A stretch of DNA of 64,000 nucleotides from a virus. Its lineage: Duplodnaviria; Caudoviricetes. A program made the translations under genes and the position numbers. The stretch lies in the IMG/VR virus record IMGVR_UViG_3300047275_000752, positions 8,399-72,398 of that record; one strand, 5' to 3'. Under the pieces are notes generated by a model that saw nothing but the letters and a program-made list of their open reading frames with translations, made no database searches and was not told where the DNA came from. How positions within the stretch are numbered: position 1 is the first letter of the stretch; every line of letters starts with the position of its first letter. Below, piece after piece: positions 32,440 to 42,772 of this stretch.

Positions 32440-32620
32440 GTCACCTGAAGATAATAAGTTTCCGATGACCGTAACGGAAACTGAAGACGGTGGTTTTATT
32501 ATTGAGTGGGATGGGAGTCATCCTGTTACATCGATATTCAATGAATGGACTGAACAGGATTTCATAAACATGTTAGACTTAGCATGTAGAGATGCATTGG
32601 AACCGGAGATAGACAAGTGA
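32432..32620 (+). CDS. Hypothetical protein, 62 aa
   Basis: ORF between terS and terL. Confidence 0.5.
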   Translation: MNESPEDNKFPMTVTETEDGGFIIEWDGSHPVTSIFNEWTEQDFINMLDLACRDALEPEIDK

Positions 32621-34116
32621 CTGATCGAATCAGTAAGAGGTTGATCGAGCAAGCCGCCTCCGATCGCCAAATGGTTCGTGAGCTTAAAAGAATAAAAACA
32701 CAGAAGAAAGAAGGCGGCCAACAGGTAATACTGCATAAATTTATCAAACAAGTAGCATCAAGCTACAAGTTCTATCGTGTACACGCAGAGCTTACTAAGC
32801 AATTGCAACGAATAGTAGACGGTGACTGTAAGCGTCTAATTATTCAAATTCCACCTCGTACGGGCAAGAGCTACCTTTCTTCTAAGCTGTTCCCAGCGGC
32901 TTACCTGATGGCACACCCAGACAGGTACGTTGGCATAGTTTCGTATAGTGCTGAACTTGCCGAAGGCTTCTCTAGATCGGCCAGGGATTATTATCGACAG
33001 GCTGGCGGCACTTTTGACCCGTATAAACAGGCTGTCAATGACTGGGGAACCCAGGGAGGCGGTGGCTTGTGGGCAGCCGGTGTTGGAGGTGCTATTACTG
33101 GCCGCTCAGGTCACCTGCTGATCATTGACGACCCCGTCAAAAACAGGGAGGACGCAGACAGTCCAAGGATCATGGAAAAGCTTTGGGACTGGTATACTTC
33201 AACATTGTACACACGACTCGAACCACAAGTTGGTGCAATTGTCGTATGTCAAACACGTTGGAGTGAGAATGATTTGATTGGTAAGCTGCTTGAATCGGAG
33301 ATGAATGTCTCAGAAAAAGGCAGGGAGCATTGGACTATACTTGACCTGCCTGCAATATCAGAAGATCCAGGCTCCAGGCCTCCATTGCCATCTCATTGTG
33401 AAGTAATAGAAGATTGGAGACAGGAGCCTGGTCTTGCGTTATGCCCTCAGCGATATGATATAGATGAATACGAGCGGATCAGAGAAGCCATTGGCGCCAG
33501 GGACTTCGCTGCACTCTTCCAGCAACGCCCTGCCCCTCAAGGTGGTAACATGTTTGATCCAAACTGGTGGGGCTACTATGACCACTCTAGTACATTGCCT
33601 GAATTCCAGCGCATAATGTTAAGTGTTGACTGTACATTTACAAACGCAAACACTAGCGACTATGTCGTTGGCTCTGTGATTGCTCAAGCCGGTAATTCTT
33701 TCTATGTACTAGATCTTGCACGTGAAAAGACTGATATAATGGGCACTATGGCGATGATATCAAGAATGCATAACAGGCATTCTCTTAGCGGAACGATAAT
33801 TGAATTAGCTGCATCTGGTTATGCTGCATATCAAATCCTATCAAAGAAAATTCCAGGGATGATAGGCTTCAAGCCCGAGAAATCAAAAGTGGCAAGAGCA
33901 ACAGGTATTGTGCCGGTAGTTGAGGCTGGAAATGTTTATCTGCCGGCGAGTGCACCCTGGCTGGATGCTTTCATAAATGAATTTAGCTTATTCCCGGCCG
34001 CAAAGAACGATGATATAGTTGATTCCATATCAATGGCAATCAATTATATGACGCAAAGGTCTGCTCCGGCGATGACGGAGGTAAGCTGGGGTCGCGGTAT
34101 ACCGTTGCCTTATTAG
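32617..34116 (+). CDS. terL: Terminase large subunit
   Basis: PPRTGKS Walker A, LLIIDD Walker B, SVDC and KNDDIVDS nuclease motifs. Confidence 0.92.
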   Translation: MTDRISKRLIEQAASDRQMVRELKRIKTQKKEGGQQVILHKFIKQVASSYKFYRVHAELTKQLQRIVDGDCKRLIIQIPPRTGKSYLSSKLFPAAYLMAHPDRYVGIVSYSAELAEGFSRSARDYYRQAGGTFDPYKQAVNDWGTQGGGGLWAAGVGGAITGRSGHLLIIDDPVKNREDADSPRIMEKLWDWYTSTLYTRLEPQVGAIVVCQTRWSENDLIGKLLESEMNVSEKGREHWTILDLPAISEDPGSRPPLPSHCEVIEDWRQEPGLALCPQRYDIDEYERIREAIGARDFAALFQQRPAPQGGNMFDPNWWGYYDHSSTLPEFQRIMLSVDCTFTNANTSDYVVGSVIAQAGNSFYVLDLAREKTDIMGTMAMISRMHNRHSLSGTIIELAASGYAAYQILSKKIPGMIGFKPEKSKVARATGIVPVVEAGNVYLPASAPWLDAFINEFSLFPAAKNDDIVDSISMAINYMTQRSAPAMTEVSWGRGIPLPY

Positions 34117-34118
34117 TA

Positions 34119-34748
34119 ATGGCTCGAAAACCATTTGATTTCAAGCTCACGCCAGATCAGCAAAAAATGGCGATAGCCAATATTAACCTGGCAAGACGCG
34201 AAGCCTGGAGGATACAGCGGACTACTGGCATAGAATATTCTGTTCTGGAGGGTGCAGCCTTCCTTGGCCTATGCAAGGCTTGCAATAGATATGATCCTGA
34301 TTCTGGTTACAAATTCTCCAGTCTTGCTACACCAACAATCAGGGGCGAGCTTTTGCATTGGGTAAGGGATAGGACTTATGCAATGAGATTGTCCCACAAA
34401 ATGAGGGAAAATTGGATAAAAGGACGCAGGATGATCTTTGATGGTAAAAGCGATATAGAAGTATCAGCATTTCTCGGGATAACATTGCAAGAATGGCAAG
34501 AAGTCCGCTCTGCGTGTTCTGGACCACCTCTCGAACTAAAGGATCAGGCAATGCCGTCAGACCCCTTGGAACCAGAGGAGTTTGATTTTAAAAATGATTA
34601 CAGAGAAATAGCTGAATCGATAATCGAAGAAATGTCAGAAAAAGAATACGACGCGCTATTGGCTTATTACAAAGGAGACGCGTCAAAGGCCCCATTACGA
34701 ATCTTTAATTCATTGTGTAATTCTCTGAGGAAAAGAAAAGTTTTGTAA
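34119..34748 (+). CDS. RNA polymerase sigma factor, SigF/SigB-like (group 3)
   Basis: GLCKACNRYDPDSGYKFSSLATPTIRGELLHWVRD. Confidence 0.8.
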   Translation: MARKPFDFKLTPDQQKMAIANINLARREAWRIQRTTGIEYSVLEGAAFLGLCKACNRYDPDSGYKFSSLATPTIRGELLHWVRDRTYAMRLSHKMRENWIKGRRMIFDGKSDIEVSAFLGITLQEWQEVRSACSGPPLELKDQAMPSDPLEPEEFDFKNDYREIAESIIEEMSEKEYDALLAYYKGDASKAPLRIFNSLCNSLRKRKVL

Positions 34749-34812
34749 ATTGGTTGCCACCCACCGATCCCATGCCTAAGATCAGTCAGTACCTTAGCAG
34801 TAGCCACGGCTT

Positions 34813-36402
34813 ATGGTTAAATCAACAATCAGTGATTATACCATAAAAGCTGTTAAAGATCTGTCTTTTATTTCAGTCCTGGAAAGGGAGTCGGTCGAAT
34901 ATAAAAAGATAGGGAGAGAGGCTATTACATTATGCCCTTGGCACAACGATAGAAACCCATCTCTCACCATAAATGATGAGAAGGGGTTCTGTTATTGTTT
35001 TGTCTGTCAGACTGGTAGTGATGCGATTGGGTTCATTCAAGCGAAACTTGGGCTCAGTTTTAGCGAAGCCATACAGAAGATTGCTGTAAGCAACGAAATA
35101 GAGGTAATATACGAAAATATTGACCCTGAGCTTGCAGCAAAAGAAGCCAAGAGGAAGGCGGAAATCCTAGGGCAGCTACAGAAGCAACAGCAAAATTATC
35201 GTAATCTACTGCGAGATCCAAGGGCGCAGCGTATCAGGGATTTTATAGATGATCGAAAAATACTGCCAGAAACATGCAGGCATTTTGGCCTTGGATATTG
35301 CAGTAAGGGATTTTTTGCTGACAGGGTAACCATACCAATTCATGACCACATAGGTAATCTGGTCGGCTTTTCTGGTAGGGCTACAAGGGATTCCGTCCAA
35401 CCTAAGTACAAAAATACTGAAAGCAATGAATATTTTGATAAGTCAAGGCTGGTGTTCAATGAACATCGGGCGGCAAAATCAATCAAGGAATCCGATTCCG
35501 TCATTTTTGTTGAAGGGCATTTTGACGTAATAAGTATGCATCAGTACGGAATAACGAATGTGGTAGCAATGCAGGGAACGAGTGCGCCTAGTGAGGCCGT
35601 GATTTACCGATTATCCAGAAAGACAAAACGTTTCATATTGTGCTATGACGCAGATGCTGGTGGAACAAAAGCTATTGAGCAGTTTATTAAGACAGCAGGC
35701 CCCATGGCATGCCGTGGCGAGATAACAATTTCAATAGCACATCTGCCAGAAGGGACCGACCCTGATCAATGCATCAGGGAAAATCTGGTAGATTTGTTTT
35801 CTATAATAGAAAATTCCAGTCCATGGCTTGATTGGCAGCTAGACGTATGGCTAGCTTCTATTGATCGAACTGATACAGCAAGATTTTCTGTGATTGAATC
35901 CAAAATTAGGGAGCTGGTAGATTCTATACAAAGCCCGGTCTTAAGACAGTATTATATCGACAAGGCGTCAAAAGCGCTTTCGTTGGATCAGGCAAGTGCA
36001 ATCCAAATTGCGAAAAGCTGGTCTCAGTCCCTTTCTGGTATTAAGGCAAGCAAGACCTGGCAACCGCCAACACCTGCTTATACAAGGTATACAGCCGAAA
36101 GGAGACTAATTAGGATGTATATTCACTACGAGGAAGTCAGGCAGGAATGTAGACCATTGATGGATAGGATTCAATCACCGGTGTATCGGTGGGCATGGGC
36201 ACGAGTGCGTGAAATAGAGCAATATGGAAAAGCTGTATCTGTTAAAGATGTATTCATGTCAGTCCTGGTTATCTCAGAGCCTCACTACATGAGACAGCTT
36301 AGACCGATTGTAAGACCAACAATTAACGTGACCAAGGATACTGGTATACTGGAGCATATAAAATATGTGCTTAGCCAAGAACTTACTACGTCGGAGATCT
36401 AA
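34813..36402 (+). CDS. dnaG: DNA primase DnaG
   Basis: CHC2 zinc finger CPWHND...CFVC; KYKN; TOPRIM VEGHFDV and CYDADAGG. Confidence 0.92.
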   Translation: MVKSTISDYTIKAVKDLSFISVLERESVEYKKIGREAITLCPWHNDRNPSLTINDEKGFCYCFVCQTGSDAIGFIQAKLGLSFSEAIQKIAVSNEIEVIYENIDPELAAKEAKRKAEILGQLQKQQQNYRNLLRDPRAQRIRDFIDDRKILPETCRHFGLGYCSKGFFADRVTIPIHDHIGNLVGFSGRATRDSVQPKYKNTESNEYFDKSRLVFNEHRAAKSIKESDSVIFVEGHFDVISMHQYGITNVVAMQGTSAPSEAVIYRLSRKTKRFILCYDADAGGTKAIEQFIKTAGPMACRGEITISIAHLPEGTDPDQCIRENLVDLFSIIENSSPWLDWQLDVWLASIDRTDTARFSVIESKIRELVDSIQSPVLRQYYIDKASKALSLDQASAIQIAKSWSQSLSGIKASKTWQPPTPAYTRYTAERRLIRMYIHYEEVRQECRPLMDRIQSPVYRWAWARVREIEQYGKAVSVKDVFMSVLVISEPHYMRQLRPIVRPTINVTKDTGILEHIKYVLSQELTTSEI

Positions 36403-36403
36403 G

Positions 36404-36628
36404 ATGTCAGAATCTAAATACATTGTTTACACCAAGGACGGGTGTCCTTTTTGTAATCAGGCGAAAGGTTTACTTGAATATTACAAAGTCCCGTATGAAT
36501 TGGTTTACGATAAGTCGCCTGACTGGGAAACCTATCCCTGTATTTATAAAGTAAATACGCAAGGAGACAAGGAGCTAATAGGCGGATTTTCTGAATTGGC
36601 TAGCTACTCCTATTTGCATGGACTATGA
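36404..36628 (+). CDS. grx: Glutaredoxin
   Basis: VYTKDGCPFC, TYP, IGGFSEL; near RNR. Confidence 0.85.
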   Translation: MSESKYIVYTKDGCPFCNQAKGLLEYYKVPYELVYDKSPDWETYPCIYKVNTQGDKELIGGFSELASYSYLHGL

Positions 36629-36875
36629 GATCATGTCACCAGCAATCCAGGCTTACCTCATCGTAATTGCCGCCTTTGTCGTCTTGTTCCCTGTTGACGC
36701 CAGTAATGGCGTCACTCTGGTGTGGTTATGGCTGCTGACCAGGGTTCTTAATTACTATTTAATGTTTAGGGCGTACATGATGTACCTCCGGCTTAGGTCT
36801 GACTTTGCTAAACTAGGTATGCCGATGCCGGCATTCAAGTTCGTTCCCATCTGGGAGAGAAATGGCAGCAACTAA
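36618..36875 (+). CDS. Membrane protein, 85 aa
   Basis: Two hydrophobic segments. Confidence 0.5.
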   Translation: MDYEIMSPAIQAYLIVIAAFVVLFPVDASNGVTLVWLWLLTRVLNYYLMFRAYMMYLRLRSDFAKLGMPMPAFKFVPIWERNGSN

Positions 36876-37008
36876 AAAGCTTAACAAAAAGACACTCTCA
36901 GGCAGCCTGGGACCGATTGAGCACGTCGGCAAAAAGACAACTCAAGGCAATGGATCCCGCTCGAAGCCGAAGAAAAACAGGAAAAAGTATAAGGGGCAAG
37001 GTAAGTAG
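36862..37008 (+). CDS. Small basic protein, 48 aa (not in ORF track)
   Basis: KKTTQGNG...KKYKGQGK, a motif widespread in aquatic phages. Confidence 0.6.
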   Translation: MAATKKLNKKTLSGSLGPIEHVGKKTTQGNGSRSKPKKNRKKYKGQGK

Positions 37009-37010
37009 AT

Positions 37011-37349
37011 GTGAAACGTTTTGTTCCTTTGCAATCGCCAAGGAATGCTTACCTGGTTAAATCCCTAGTAGCAGAAGGTCGATGCGTTAGTGCAGTAAAA
37101 TACTTGTATGCACTACGCAGATTCAGCATGGTCGACTGGTTAGTCGCCATTAGCCAACTACTGAGGATGGCTGAAAAGCCAAATGAGCTGAATACTTATG
37201 CGACCCTAATAGAGGTATCAAAGGGTTCTCTTCTTGACCAGAAGGCTCATCTAGTGCCAGGGTTGGCAGCCGATCTGCATGGAAGGAAATTTGACTATGA
37301 GCACTGCTTGCTTTTGATTAAACAGATCAGATCTGATCGCGGCTTTTAG
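37011..37349 (+). CDS. Hypothetical protein, 112 aa
   Basis: ORF in operon context. Confidence 0.4.
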   Translation: MKRFVPLQSPRNAYLVKSLVAEGRCVSAVKYLYALRRFSMVDWLVAISQLLRMAEKPNELNTYATLIEVSKGSLLDQKAHLVPGLAADLHGRKFDYEHCLLLIKQIRSDRGF

Positions 37350-37379
37350 CGGTAATCTATCCTTGCATCCAAAATCACA

Positions 37380-40300
37380 ATGACCGAATTCAATCAGTTC
37401 GCCCCATCTGCCCATGCTGTCTTTTATCGCTCGTATTCGCGACGCAAAGAAGATGGTTCCAGGGAAAACTTTGCGGAATCAATAACCCGGACGATTAATG
37501 CTATTGCGAAAGTTGGTAAATTTACCTCTTCGCAAACTGCTTTAGCACTTGAAATGGCGTTAAAGCAACACTGCTTTCCTAGTGGACGAGCACTTTGGGT
37601 GGCTGGTACTGAATGGTCAGAAAAACCTGATAATTTTCCTGGTTATTATAACTGCTGTTCCATGCATGTTGATGAGCCCTCAATGTTTGGGTTGCTCATG
37701 GAGCTAGCGATGATGGGCACAGGTACTGGCGCAGTCCTTGAATCGGATGTCGTAGCAAAGCTGCCAGCAATTACCAGGGCTATCAACATCATTGATATAA
37801 TTGATAACCAAGGCGTCGAAGGTGGTAAAGCTGATACTGTAATCACCTATGAAGAAGAAGATCAAATTATTTACCTGACAGTTGGCGATTCTCGCCAAGG
37901 CTGGGCTTCTGCTTATCAGGGCTTGATTGAACTGGCAATGGGCAATCTGGCTGATGGCGAATCTGCTGCAGATGATATAAACATTATCCTCGATTTATCT
38001 GAAATCCGTCAAGCCGGACAATTACTGAAAGGATTTGGTGGTACTGCAAATCCAGTCAGACTGCAAGAAACCTTCGAGAGGGCGGCCAGGATCCTGCTTA
38101 AAGCAAAAGGTCGTAAGCTAACAGCAATTGAATGCTGTCTATTGATCGACGAGGCGGCCAGCGCCGTTGTCGCCGGCAACATTCGTCGTTGTTTACCAGG
38201 CAATGCCCTCGTTCACACTGAACTAGGTCTTGTGCCAATTCGTGATATCAAGATTGGCACAATGGTGCAAACCTCGAAGGGATTGCGCCCTGTTGTCGAC
38301 TTTTTTGATCAAGGCAAGCAGGTTATTTACGAAATCAAAACACAAGACGGAAGCCTGTTTTGCTCGAAAGAGCATAAAGTAGCTGTACTGCGCGATATTT
38401 ATGGTGCGTATGAAATGGTCAAGGCAATTGACCTTAAGGCCGGTGATCGAATGGTTGGTAACCATTTGATTGTCGCTGGTCACAGTACCAGCTTACCGGT
38501 TGCTGCTAATACGAAAGCAAATTCACGCAAGCCTCGCAAGCCAATAACTATTCCAAAACTAGATAAAGAAGTTGCCTATTTCCTTGGTTATTTACACGGT
38601 AATGGCAATGTTAAATCAGACGGTAGCGGTATTCGTATAACTGGACCCAGTGGTTTTGAGGCTATTGCCACCAGATGTTCTAGTGTGCTTCAGCGATTTG
38701 GGTTTGATTCACGTCTTGTCAGCAAAAGCGATGCCTCGGCGTGGGAATTGACAGCGAATGGATCTGAATTAAATGCTTACTTCCGTAATTTTAAGCAAGT
38801 ATTTTCGCAACCAATTATCCCTGATTGCATTCTCCAAGGGACAGAAGAAATCCGCTGGCATTACCTGGGAGGCCTGATGGATTCCGATGGTTCACCTGGT
38901 ACTCATGTCCTGTTGAATTCTGTGTATCCGGAATTCAGTCATCAAATTCAAGCTATTTATAGCTCTCTTGGAGTTCCGACTCGCATCGAAAAGCGTCTCC
39001 GTAAAAATAATCATGAATGCGAGCTGAATGCAGTCGGTCTGCATAAGCAGAAGATCTATCAAGTATTTTCAAGCATTTGCACTCGTTATCCCTGTCTTGC
39101 AACTAAACCATCTGACACCAGCAGGAATCAGCATGGGTTCGATAAAGAAATGGTGAAAGCCAGCATCAAAGGCATCAACTGGAGCCAATGCCAGGCCCAG
39201 AAGAGTTGTGTGTCGCTTGCTGCAATCGAACCAGCAATGACTGATCTTATTCCAATTACAGTAATTGATGTACAACCTACATCGCGTATCGAAGATACAT
39301 TCGATATTGAGGTCAAAGATATCCACGAATTTTATTGCAATGGCTATCTTGTTTCGAATTCAGCGGGCATGCGTCAATTTACGTCAAGCGACGAAGAGGC
39401 AGCTTCTGCCAAGGATGGTCTGTATAAGCAAGACGAGAGCGGAAACTGGAGCGTTGATCCTGAGAAAGAAGCACTCAGGATGGCTAATCATACTAGATGC
39501 TTCCACACTAAGCCGGATCACGAAACAATTAAAGCTTCTATTGAGAAGCAGTTTTGGTCTGGTGAGGGCGCAATTATGTATGTGCCCGAATCTATTGCCA
39601 GGGCCAATGCCGACCTGCTAAATACCAAGCAGTTAAAGCAGCGGTTCCTGGGGCTGTATACACGCAGTCAAGATGACGCTCGTCAGATGTTGGTGGAGCT
39701 AGCAGAAAAGGCTGGTGAGCCGACTGATGATCGCATCATTCAGCATCGGATGGATCGGTATGGGCTTAACCCCTGCTTTGCGCCAGGCACTATTGTGATG
39801 ACCAGTGAAGGCTACTTCCCAATTGAATCACTGGTTGGCAAAACTGTTGAGATTCATGATGGGAATGAGTGGCGTACTATTGACAACTTCCGAGTTACAG
39901 CGCATGACCAAGATGTATACGATGTAACCTTGCATGACGGAACTGTCATTACAGCGACTGAATACCATAAATTTATCCTGAAGGATGGCACCAGGGTAGA
40001 ACTGAAGGATCTAAAGCAGGGCGACGAGTTAATGGCAGCCACTATCGAGCCCGTGACGGGAACTATTCAGGCACATGCCGCCTACCTTAAAGGATTTCTA
40101 ATTGGCGACGGAACGTCTGACAAGGGTCAGCGAGCAGCCTGTAAGTTGTATTCTCCCAAGAAAGTATGCGTCGACCGTCTGAGGGCTTCTAGGAACGAGC
40201 TGGGGTATTTTGAAGGTGAAACACTAACTCCGGCCGGGTATTTGCGTGGTTTAAATACCGCCAATGAAGACATGACTCCGTGGTCATCTACATACAAGCA

Positions 40301-41882
40301 TGTATTTCCTCACGAAGTACTGAATTGGACGACTGAGGCCAAAGGCGAGTTTATTGCCGGATTGTTTGACGCAGACGGCACTCTTCGTGACACTAAAGAG
40401 AACGGCTTTTCTTATCAGATCACTAGCGTTAGTCTTGAATTTCTGCGCGGTCTAGTGACCTTGTTGCGAACGGTTGGAATCGGGGCAAAAATTGGCCCTC
40501 CGCGACAAGGTGGCCTTAAAAACTTTGGCGCCGATCGGGGTGGCGTTTGCGTGGTCCAGCCTACTTATCGTCTCGCTATTTCACAGTTCAATTCAATTAA
40601 ACTAGCTAAAATCGCAAAATTTGAAAGATTAAAAAGTGTTGCTGACAAAGAAATTGTTTATATCAAAAAACTCGGTTATAACAAAGTAAAAGAAATTACT
40701 TATTCTCATTGCGCACCCGAGGTTTATTGTTGCACTGTTCCCGTAACGAACTCTTTTACACTTGGTTCGTCGATAGTTGTTGCGAATTGCGGAGAGATAA
40801 TCATGCGAGACAATCTTTGCAATCTTTCGGAGGTTCACCTGAATACACTGGATCCAGTCAACAAGGAACTGCAACACCAGGTATTCTATGCCGGCGGCCT
40901 GCAAGTCGCTGCACTGCTGCAACATAAATTTGTCCCCGAACGCCTTGCTTATAGCCGTGAGAACGATCCAATTGTTGGCGTCAGTTTTACTGGCCTGTTT
41001 GACTTTTTTGTTCATGCTTTTGGTGCCTCTTGGCTGAAATGGATGATGAAAGGCAGGCCCAGTGGTTCTGCATACAAAAAGTACACTGCCAAGGAAAAAG
41101 CCTTCTTGGAATCATGGAGGATCAGCGCGGAGCAAGGTGTTAAGGATTACTGTGCTCAACACGAGATTCGTCTCCCTAATCGATTCACCACTGTGCAGCC
41201 AGCAGGCTCCAAGAGCTTGCTGACAGGCGCATCATCTGGCTGGCATCCTCCAAAGGCTCAGCGATTCATTCGTCGAATCACGTTTGGGGTCAACGATCCA
41301 CTGGTTAGCGCTCTCAGGGATTATGGTTACAGTGTTATCCCAGCACAAAGCGCGAGGGACGAGGAGGGCAACCTGCTTGATGATATTACAGATCCTAGGG
41401 TTCGCGAAGTCTTGGTGGAAATTCCAACTGAAGTATCTTGGGCGAATCTCCCTGGATGTGATGAGTTTGACTTGAGCAAGCTACCTGTCACTGCTCAGTG
41501 GGGACTGTATATGCAAGTCCAAAAATATTATACAACGCATAACACATCGGCCACTCTGGAATTTCGTGAAAATGAAATAGATGAATTGACTAGTCTAATT
41601 TATCAAGACATCCAGTCCGATGGTGGCTATATATCGGCAGCACTACTTGCTCGATTCGATGCCAATGAAACTTTCCCGAGGTTGCCGTTTGAGCCAATTG
41701 ACAAACAAACTTTCGATCGTAGAATGGCTGTAGTTAAATTAGTCCGGGATAGCCTGCCGGAGGGCACCACAATGCTTGATTTGCTTTCAAGATATGACAA
41801 TCCTGGCTACGAGTTAAAAGGGGCTGCTGGCTGTGACTCAGACAAATGCCTTGCCGAGGAAAAAGTGCCATTCAGTAAATAG
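37380..41882 (+). CDS. nrdJ: Class II (B12-dependent) ribonucleotide reductase with two inteins; about 772 aa after splicing
   Basis: PSGRALW, YNC, VVAGNIRR|SA, NP|CGE, TTVQPAGSKSLL; no class I beta subunit gene seen. Confidence 0.9.
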   Translation: MTEFNQFAPSAHAVFYRSYSRRKEDGSRENFAESITRTINAIAKVGKFTSSQTALALEMALKQHCFPSGRALWVAGTEWSEKPDNFPGYYNCCSMHVDEPSMFGLLMELAMMGTGTGAVLESDVVAKLPAITRAINIIDIIDNQGVEGGKADTVITYEEEDQIIYLTVGDSRQGWASAYQGLIELAMGNLADGESAADDINIILDLSEIRQAGQLLKGFGGTANPVRLQETFERAARILLKAKGRKLTAIECCLLIDEAASAVVAGNIRRCLPGNALVHTELGLVPIRDIKIGTMVQTSKGLRPVVDFFDQGKQVIYEIKTQDGSLFCSKEHKVAVLRDIYGAYEMVKAIDLKAGDRMVGNHLIVAGHSTSLPVAANTKANSRKPRKPITIPKLDKEVAYFLGYLHGNGNVKSDGSGIRITGPSGFEAIATRCSSVLQRFGFDSRLVSKSDASAWELTANGSELNAYFRNFKQVFSQPIIPDCILQGTEEIRWHYLGGLMDSDGSPGTHVLLNSVYPEFSHQIQAIYSSLGVPTRIEKRLRKNNHECELNAVGLHKQKIYQVFSSICTRYPCLATKPSDTSRNQHGFDKEMVKASIKGINWSQCQAQKSCVSLAAIEPAMTDLIPITVIDVQPTSRIEDTFDIEVKDIHEFYCNGYLVSNSAGMRQFTSSDEEAASAKDGLYKQDESGNWSVDPEKEALRMANHTRCFHTKPDHETIKASIEKQFWSGEGAIMYVPESIARANADLLNTKQLKQRFLGLYTRSQDDARQMLVELAEKAGEPTDDRIIQHRMDRYGLNPCFAPGTIVMTSEGYFPIESLVGKTVEIHDGNEWRTIDNFRVTAHDQDVYDVTLHDGTVITATEYHKFILKDGTRVELKDLKQGDELMAATIEPVTGTIQAHAAYLKGFLIGDGTSDKGQRAACKLYSPKKVCVDRLRASRNELGYFEGETLTPAGYLRGLNTANEDMTPWSSTYKHVFPHEVLNWTTEAKGEFIAGLFDADGTLRDTKENGFSYQITSVSLEFLRGLVTLLRTVGIGAKIGPPRQGGLKNFGADRGGVCVVQPTYRLAISQFNSIKLAKIAKFERLKSVADKEIVYIKKLGYNKVKEITYSHCAPEVYCCTVPVTNSFTLGSSIVVANCGEIIMRDNLCNLSEVHLNTLDPVNKELQHQVFYAGGLQVAALLQHKFVPERLAYSRENDPIVGVSFTGLFDFFVHAFGASWLKWMMKGRPSGSAYKKYTAKEKAFLESWRISAEQGVKDYCAQHEIRLPNRFTTVQPAGSKSLLTGASSGWHPPKAQRFIRRITFGVNDPLVSALRDYGYSVIPAQSARDEEGNLLDDITDPRVREVLVEIPTEVSWANLPGCDEFDLSKLPVTAQWGLYMQVQKYYTTHNTSATLEFRENEIDELTSLIYQDIQSDGGYISAALLARFDANETFPRLPFEPIDKQTFDRRMAVVKLVRDSLPEGTTMLDLLSRYDNPGYELKGAAGCDSDKCLAEEKVPFSK
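38190..39359 (+). mobile_element. Intein 1 in NrdJ (390 aa, LAGLIDADG endonuclease)
   Basis: Starts CLPGNALV, ends YLVSN before Ser; FLGYLHGNG and LGGLMDSDG motifs. Confidence 0.9.
39774..40787 (+). mobile_element. Intein 2 in NrdJ (338 aa, LAGLIDADG endonuclease)
   Basis: Starts CFAPGT, has TEYH block B, ends IVVAN before Cys of NPCGE; LKGFLIGDG and IAGLFDADG motifs. Confidence 0.9.
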
Positions 41883-41919
41883 CCGGCTATAATGGGGGTG
41901 CCATGACACGGTAGTTGGC

Positions 41920-42201
41920 TTGCCGGCAGACAAGGGTCTCTTTACCCACCCAGCGTGGGCCATCCCCGAGAAAGACCATTCACACTATGGTCCAGATGTC
42001 CAGATTGCCCTGACCGCCTTCAGGGGAGCCTGGGCATCTTATATTTCCATGACGAAATATGATTTTGGTGATGATTCTCAAAATATGAGGACCACTGCCA
42101 TGCAAGAGTTATGGAACAGCATAGCTAGAGCAAGAAAAGCAGAGACGGGAACTGGATTCTATTTAAATCAAAAGGAGTACAAAAATGTCAACGATCGTTG
42201 A
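41920..42201 (+). CDS. Hypothetical protein, ~93 aa
   Basis: ORF after TATAAT at 41888-41893. Confidence 0.4.
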   Translation: MPADKGLFTHPAWAIPEKDHSHYGPDVQIALTAFRGAWASYISMTKYDFGDDSQNMRTTAMQELWNSIARARKAETGTGFYLNQKEYKNVNDR

Positions 42202-42697
42202 TTTCCAAATAGAAGCCCTAGCGCTGTCAGGTCTACTGGTACACCCTTTCCGGGCTGATCAAGTGAATCCGGCTTCGTACGATGTCCGGCTCGCCGATAA
42301 AATATTAGTAGAAACACCAGAATACGGGTGGGTAGAGCGGGGGCTTCCGTACTTATTAGAACCTGGGGAATTTGTGCTTGGTAGTACTCAGGAATGGTTG
42401 AATGTTCCTGAGGACATGGAGGCATTATTTCAGTTAAAGTCATCACGCGGGAGGGAGGGCTACGAACACCTGCTTAGCGGATACATTGATCCAGGTTTTT
42501 CTGGCCGGGTCACTTTGGAGTTAGTGAATGTAAATAGATACAATGAACTACCTCTATTCACTGGAATGCTAATCGGCCAGATTAGATTTATCAAGACAGA
42601 TGCACCATGTAGGGCCTCGTATGAGCTAAAAGGTCACTACCAAGGAGATGACACTGTGCAACCATCAAAAGTAAGCGCAGACGGCTTGCTTCGTTAG
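42185..42697 (+). CDS. dcd: dCTP deaminase
   Basis: NPASYDVRL, LEPGEFVLGST, KSSRGREG, IDPGFSGRVTLE, YQG. Confidence 0.9.
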   Translation: MSTIVDFQIEALALSGLLVHPFRADQVNPASYDVRLADKILVETPEYGWVERGLPYLLEPGEFVLGSTQEWLNVPEDMEALFQLKSSRGREGYEHLLSGYIDPGFSGRVTLELVNVNRYNELPLFTGMLIGQIRFIKTDAPCRASYELKGHYQGDDTVQPSKVSADGLLR

Positions 42698-42772
42698 GCA
42701 GAAGGGCATCGTTCTGGGAATCCTAAGAGAGCCATTGGCGTGACGCCGGCAAGTTCTTAGGCGCGATGCCCC

